Source of the DNA: Azolla caroliniana
Lineage: Eukaryota; Plantae; Polypodiophyta
Reading direction: 5' to 3'
Length of the DNA stretch: 64,000 bases
NCBI GenBank assembly: GCA_043228905.1
Contig: JBHGNT010000002.1
Span: 7,440,001-7,504,000 of the forward strand
Below the pieces are notes generated by a model. That model searched no databases. It saw nothing but the letters and a program-made list of their open reading frames with translations, and had not been told where the DNA came from. Made by a program: the position numbers and the translations under genes. Shown piece after piece: positions 58,001 to 64,000 of the stretch (the stretch's first letter is position 1; the number at the start of each line of letters is the position of its first letter).

Positions 58001-61000
58001 GTTCTTCTTCACCTACATGGATACCAGCACAGTACGATTTCAGCTAGCCACAGTTTTCAGGTTACTGAGCTTATACTCTCGAGGAAACTTTCATTGCAGC
58101 CATTGGCTATTGTTTGGATATCTATAGTAGTATAGATGCTTCCATTAAACAAAACAGAATTAATAATACCCCTGAAATAATAGTGTAAAAGTAGTTCATC
58201 ATGAGATAAACTTTTGTTCTTCATTCCTTGTACTTTGAATCTCAAATTGAACATCTTTGTTCTAGGTGTGTATGCAAGAATCGAAGAGGTCCATTTTCTG
58301 AGTTTGTTTTTCAAGAAGGTTGGGATTAGTCATCATACAGCCCTGTGAAAAACTCCAAGGAGCTATATGAAAGAGAAAAATGGAAGCAAGATGTTGTTAT
58401 TAGAGGTACTCAAGAGGAAGAATCAGGGAATACACTCTCTGTTGCGGGGAACATCACAAAACTCTTTGAAGATTGCTTTGCTATGTGTGATGTTATGATA
58501 TATGGAGCACATCATGTTGGCTGGAAGAGGCCAAAGGTAGAACCATGTCAAGCCATTGTTTGCAGTCTTAGATGACAAGAAAAGAGGCATCTTTTTAGAT
58601 AGTAGCAAGTTGTACCTAAAAGGTACAATTTCTTTGTATCAAAAAGATCGAACCCATAGGAGCAAAGAACGAACAAGGCAAGCCTATGCAACCAGAAAAA
58701 AACTCAAAATGCATAGCAAGTGATGATCATCAACACGACCAACACGAATCCGACTCGAACCCTCGCTTGAGCACAATCAGCAGTCCCAATGTGGAGTTAG
58801 CGGTAGCATTACAATCCATCCAAACCTTAATATCAATGATGGAAAAAGAATGAGCCACCATAGATGGCCCAAGACTCCCCACAAACAATAGGGGTAAAAG
58901 CCCCTCAATCTCAAAGTTAGTTCCTCGTTTCCTTGGGTTCGGAGACGAATATGACCACGTTGAATGCTTCAAGCAAATAAGCTGAGCTTATGAAGCCATC
59001 ACGGAGATGTGCCATCCTAACCAACAAAGTTTTGTGTGCCGTCCTAACCAAGATTGTAGCAGCTTCCCAATCAGACTGGTGCACCAAATTACACGCCACG
59101 TTTTGGGCCTTCCATACATCCTACAAGGTCGCCACAAGCCACACGCCACACGCCTTTCAAGCTCGTATACGGCCAAGAAGCCGTAGTTTCGGTCGAGTTC
59201 CACGTCCATATACTCCGGATAGCAGTCCAAGAAAGATGGGACGGAGATCTCCTACCCTCACATCTCGAAAACCTCGAACGTTTGACAGAGACCCCTTTAA
59301 TTGCCTTCCAAGCGCTCTTAATGAAAAAAGCAAACAGAAAAGTTTGGCAAGACAACAAAGTTAAAGACAAAGACCTAGCAGAGGACGATATGGTCCTCAA
59401 ATTCATGTCCCAACGACATAAGAAAAAACTCAAGCTACAAGGGGAAGGACCTTATATCGCCTCCACAATCACAAAGACGGGGTGTGTCGATTATGCAAAC
59501 TTGACGGAACCGACATCCCAAGTATCATCAACGGGAGTAAGCTCAAACTCTAACTTGGCCATAGAAAACCTTCACGCTCGGAGCCTTGCTCACTGGCTGG
59601 CAACGTGATATGGAGTCCAAATTAAAGGCATCCGAAACCCACATAGCTCAATTGGAAGCCGATCTCCGCAATGAGCAGTCAAAGCTCAAACAACAAGGAG
59701 AGCCCCACCAAATCGCCATTGCGCCACTGACCAGCTCCAAAACCCTAATGTCCCATCTGCCATGCACGATCAACAATTCAACTATTCACCGGTCCTTCAT
59801 CGACACTCCTCTCCTTCGACATGTGGGAACGCCTAGGTTTCCCCAACCTAGATGAGTGCAACGACATTTTCCATGGGTTCAAGGGATCCATGGCATGCTG
59901 CCTCAGACTACTGACATGCCAAATCAAGATGAAGTACAGCACACATGCAATTAAAACCCACGTCCTTCCACCTAAGGTGTTGTATATGTCGTGCCTCCTT
60001 GGCCAAGATTGGTGCCATGCCAACCAATGTTTAATATCTCCTAGCACGAATACCATTCACTTCCCCACCTCGACCGGCCTATGCGCGGAACAAATGCCTA
60101 GCACCACACTTGGTCACCACCACACCCGTTGAACCACCCACCCAAACTCTAAACAACTCGGGCAACGAGACCATACTCAGTGTGGAACATACCCCTAGGC
60201 ACACCCGACGAACCAAAACCCCGACTACAACAAAATCAACAACTGACTCGCACAAACCCACATCCGGCAAATCTCACGGGTGGGTCAACATTCATGGAAC
60301 CTTTGCCGAAGGACCTCGAACCAGTCAAAAAGTGGTATGGAACCAATGGAGAAGGATGGCACAAGGGTGCTACCCAGTTCTGGGTGCCAAAATGCAGCCG
60401 CATACACACCCCTACTTAGGGCATGAAATGAAGTAGAAAGATATCTTAACGTCTTTTCTAGGCCAAAATGGCCTCAAGGACCAAATAAGAGATTACATCT
60501 GTTGCCTTATCTTTGAGAACAACAAATCAAAATAAATAAATGTTATTATGTAAAAAAAAGTAAATAAGATAAAAAGATACTAAAAAAATCTTGTTATTGG
60601 TAAATGTAAGATTCTCAAGTCAGATATACTGTAATTTTGTATTTAAAAGATCTCTAGGATTGGTCAATCCAAAGTGGAGGAAATCCAAAATTTGTTCTTA
60701 TGTAGACAATTGGGGCAAAATCCTCAACATCCTATCCTATCATGCGATTAGAAACAGATGCTTGGCCCATAGAGGTACTAGCCATGCTGAGTATACAAGT
60801 ATATCACAAAATTCAAGAATATGCCCGATCAGGTACAAAAAACTAATAAGAGTAAAATCCTCTTATCTAATTGGGTGCTTGACATTATGAAATGGTTAAA
60901 GAAATGGGGCATAAAATATCTATTGGAGCCTCAGGTGATGCTATGAACTATGCGATCATTGAGGATAGATTACTAGAGGCACTAAGGATGAAATGGCAAG

Positions 61001-64000
61001 ATGTTAAAATGCCAAAATCGGAATATTACATTGCAAATATTAACCCCCAATAGAAGATAAAAATGTCAGACCATGTCCAATTGCATCCCACTACCCCCAT
61101 GAGCCTTGGCTCTCAAAGAGCCTCAAAACTTCTTCAAACTCGCTCACTCAAATTAGGTGGAGGTAGAATCATGACATTATCACCCAAATAGCAACCATAC
61201 GCAATGAAAACCTAGTGGAGGATGAATATCACTTACTTATCACATGCCCAACACATAAGGCAATTCGCGAGAAACATGATGACTTGTTAGACGGGCATAA
61301 TATTTCACTAGCATGCTCGAATGTCCACCAAGAAGGGTGAGCACATACATGTGTGCATTGTTTTTACTTAGAAAGCTTTTACTGTAGAGTAGTAACCCCC
61401 TTCTTAGGACGCAGTCACATACAAATGATATGTTGATTTGATCCCATAGATCAACTTTGGCCTCCACATGGATGATAAAATGTCTATTTTATTTTATTCC
61501 AAGAAGGGTGAGCACATGTGTGCATTGTTTTTACTTAGAAAGTTTTTACTGTAGAGTAGTAACCCCCCTTCTTAGGACGGAGTCACACACAAAATGATAT
61601 GTTGATTTGGGCCCATAGATCAAATTTGGCCTCCTCATGGATGATAGAACGTCTAATTCCAACAAAATTCATCATTTCTGGCATCTCCATGCTTGTGAAT
61701 GTGTCTATTATCAATATTAAGAACATATTAAGAACGAACTCCATGCCTATAGGCCTGGTAGAGGAATTCCATGCCAGACCATTGACAGATTATATGGATA
61801 ATCAATCCTAGATTTTTGAAAGAACATTGACTACAAACCTCACCAAGTCGCGAAAATGCTCCAATAACACCCCCACAAATAGTCGACCAGATTGCATACC
61901 ATATTTGGGTATCCATAAAATAGACCTACAAAAAAGCAAGATCATGATGCATTAACCCAGTATAAAAATAATGTGATTTAGGGACAATAAATGATTACCA
62001 GTACAACAGGGGTCCAGACGAGAAGAATAACCCCAAAATTGTGTTTTTCTGCATTAGATTGAGATGTCCACTTGAGAAACAGCTCTAAAAAATTATTTCA
62101 CATATAACTGGGAATGAAAACACTTATTCCTACCATTGGGGAATGCTCCTGAGCTATCTGTCACTGTCATAATTTGCTTCGTTGGTTCAATCAAGGGTTT
62201 TATCTGGAAGGATGTGATTCTCAGTTGAGGACATTTACAGAAGGAACCCATGGATTAGGTATCCCTTGAATTAACCTAAAATTGTTTTACCTCCAAATAA
62301 TAGCTAAACAATAGCTTACAGGTGAACACCAAAACCCAGAACAGAGTGTACCTAGTTAGTATAAAACAACAAAAGTTATAACTGCACACACATGTTTCTA
62401 TACACTCAAAGTAACAGCCTTCAATTCTTGTTGGTCACTTACTTGAAAAGAACATAAGGGCTCTCGTGCATACCACGCCCAACATAGATTTGTGGCTGCA
62501 GAAGTACAATATTGTTAATACTTTCTCATTTTTGTCTCACAGAAGCCATGTTTCTATGAGGTATGCAGTTGCTTTCAAAACATAAGAATAGCATTCACCT
62601 GGGCCCACCATAGAAGAATTTTCACAATTGTAAGTTCTGACCGCTCAATAGCCCGCCTTAGCATTGGAAACAGGAACAAGAATGCACTGATAGCATCTGG
62701 TATCAAGTAGACTAGGACAGCAGTCACATAGAGGGATGGGCTTTCGGACTTCCCTAGCCAGTTCTCTAAGATGCTCACCAATCCATTTGAGCCTTCCAAT
62801 GAGTGAGCATAACAAATGGGCAAAGCGATTACCCATGCTAGGGCGGTCATCGCCTTCAAAACATATCGAAGTACATCAAGATAGTTATCTTTTCGCCATG
62901 CCTTGAAGCTCAATCCAATATCCACAACAGCTGTATACGTGAGCATACAATTAAGGCTATCAAGCATACATTATACTCAGCATCACGCAAAGAAGATATA
63001 TTCTTTGGTGTCAATCTTAAGACAGAAGTATTGGAGGATTACCTTGAATCAGTCTGAGAATTGCAGATGTAATAAATATACTCAAAACCTTCTTGAAAAC
63101 AGAACCACTAAAAATGATCGAAAATGAATCACTGCCATTCCATGCTATTATAATCATAGCCTAAAAACAGAACAGCATACATGCTATGGATTCAGGATGC
63201 TTATTTTTCTAGTAGAAATCAGCTTCATTTAGTTATTGTGAATTGTAAATATATCCACCCGTATCCTAGTGGCATAGATATAACATCATGATAATATGTA
63301 TAATACCTGTAGTGATAGTATAAAAAAGGACCACATCCTGTTGAAGCTTCTAAAGATGTGCAAAAATGTGCGAGCTTCTACAAAGTTAGTTTTTCCCATC
63401 CACATAGATTGTTCATTCCCACTAGTATTTATCTGAAACCAAATCCATCGGGCAGAAATGCATTAAAACATTGTGTGATTACATATGATGATCCCACCAG
63501 TATTTCAGTATATCTGTGTATGTTGCTTACCAATGTTGTTTTCCTGTGCTGCTTGGTATTCCACTTGAAGAACTTATCATCTGATGTAATGGGCCAGCTG
63601 AGGCTGAAGCAATCTACAGACCTATTAAGAAAACATTACAAGTTTGATGTTCAGAATAGAGAAGGGTTTAGGGTTAAAATCTTGTAGAAAATAATAAGAA
63701 GTTTCCTTATTAATTCTTGAAGTTTTTACAACATTTTATATGAGAAGATGGTTATCAACAGGAGGTTTGTAGTATACCAGAAATACTCATTAAGATCATC
63801 ATAGTTGCGCCATGAAGAATGACCAGAATTTTTTGAATTGGCACAATTGAATTCCTGAAATAGAAGCATGTTAGCTGGCCACTGCATTAATTGAATATTC
63901 GAAACCTCTAAAGGAAATTCTGCAATGTCTTACCTTTTCAATGAGTTTATAAATTGGTGTAACTACTTTTAGCAGAAAAGAATCTGGATCTTGTGAATTT
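49083..64000 (-). CDS. CALS: Callose synthase (GSL/CalS, GT48), 3' ~two thirds, divergent at catalytic motifs; 5' exons beyond the window
   Basis: About 33 GT-AG exons traced, e.g. 63778-63854 ([12 protein letters not shown]), 63307-63432 (GKTNFVE), 61839-61925 (YFMDTQIWY), 57009-57197 (QWPPFLLA), 54511-54662 (NLEARRRI), 54294-54403 (VLTPYY), 51744-51863 ([12 protein letters not shown]...IDMNQ), 51210-51322, 50895-51124 ([12 protein letters not shown]), 49878-50695 ([14 protein letters not shown]) and 49083-49319 ([18 protein letters not shown]). No stop or frameshift found in the spliced frame. Confidence 0.95.
50752..50941. repeat. ~98-bp tandem duplication spanning a CalS exon 3' end and splice donor
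   Basis: cagcacaaagaa...ggaagaagaacat...agtgaattgacataaggtccaatag.agtgtgataaactgaacaca at ~50752-50843 and ~50849-50941. Confidence 0.93.
56098..56217. repeat. ~45-bp tandem repeat (about 2.7 copies) in a CalS intron
   Basis: aaatggtgatgctactagaagcatagaaact.cacacagacaaaaa repeated. Confidence 0.92.
58345..58700 (+). mobile_element. Non-LTR retrotransposon ORF1 relic (L1-type RRM/CTD-like)
   Basis: [11 protein letters not shown]...IYGAHHVG...QAIVC...LYLKGT...DRT resembles the N-I-x-I-x-G...AHR-x-G...RPIIV...LKG pattern of LINE ORF1 proteins. Confidence 0.55.
58720..60500 (+). mobile_element. Gypsy (Athila/Tat-type) relic: integrase C-terminal half plus downstream extra ORF
   Basis: [12 protein letters not shown]...DW...[20 protein letters not shown]...LVYGQEAV; GEGPY (GPY module); NGSKLKL. 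Followed by a coiled-coil and protease-like pieces. Confidence 0.8.
60690..61657 (+). mobile_element. LINE 3' end (RTEX/CR1-L2-like ORF2 C-terminus) with duplicated 3' tail
   Basis: [15 protein letters not shown] and [21 protein letters not shown] (EDExH..CP C-terminal motif). The 3' ~165 bp occurs twice (61328-61498 ending in tattttattttatt, and 61499-61657). Confidence 0.7.

Noticed and set aside
49083-64000. Callose synthase as a conventional pseudogene, or repaired by RNA editing
   Set aside because: No stop, frameshift or broken splice site found in the traced exons. It is a nuclear gene, and the key G->C change is not a C/U editing type. Pseudogene status cannot be fully excluded because the 5' exons are outside the window.

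Overview
Nuclear DNA of a land plant, most plausibly a fern or other non-seed plant (inferred from protein and retroelement flavour, not proven). Six spliced or intact host genes: the 3' half of a phototropin (+, 47-9771), an Aurora kinase (-, 11277-15370) with a decayed plastid 23S rRNA fragment in one intron, histone H4 (-, 17360-17671), a divergent EBS/SHL-type BAH-PHD reader (+, 38537-41121), mitochondrial ribosomal protein uL3 (-, 43439-47044) and the 3' part of a callose synthase (-, 49083 to beyond 64000). Between H4 and the BAH-PHD gene lies an ~18 kb nested LTR-retrotransposon island. A Tat/Ogre-like Gypsy relic appears to host a Copia relic (C). A same-family Copia (B, TSD CGGAA) is inserted in opposite orientation into C's LTR. 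A very young Tnt1-like Copia (D, TSD AGGCC, LTRs differing at about 1 of 638 nt) is inserted into B's gag. An LTR-less Copia (A) follows. The most striking observation is the callose synthase. All ~33 exons I could trace are in frame with GT-AG boundaries, yet the normally invariant GT48 catalytic motifs are altered (ED->EH, HYGHP->HYGHS, EAKIA->EARIA, WASYRG->WASYHA, TGRGF loop replaced). This suggests a maintained pseudo-synthase or a neofunctionalised glucan synthase. All exon coordinates were read by eye and may be off by a few nt.
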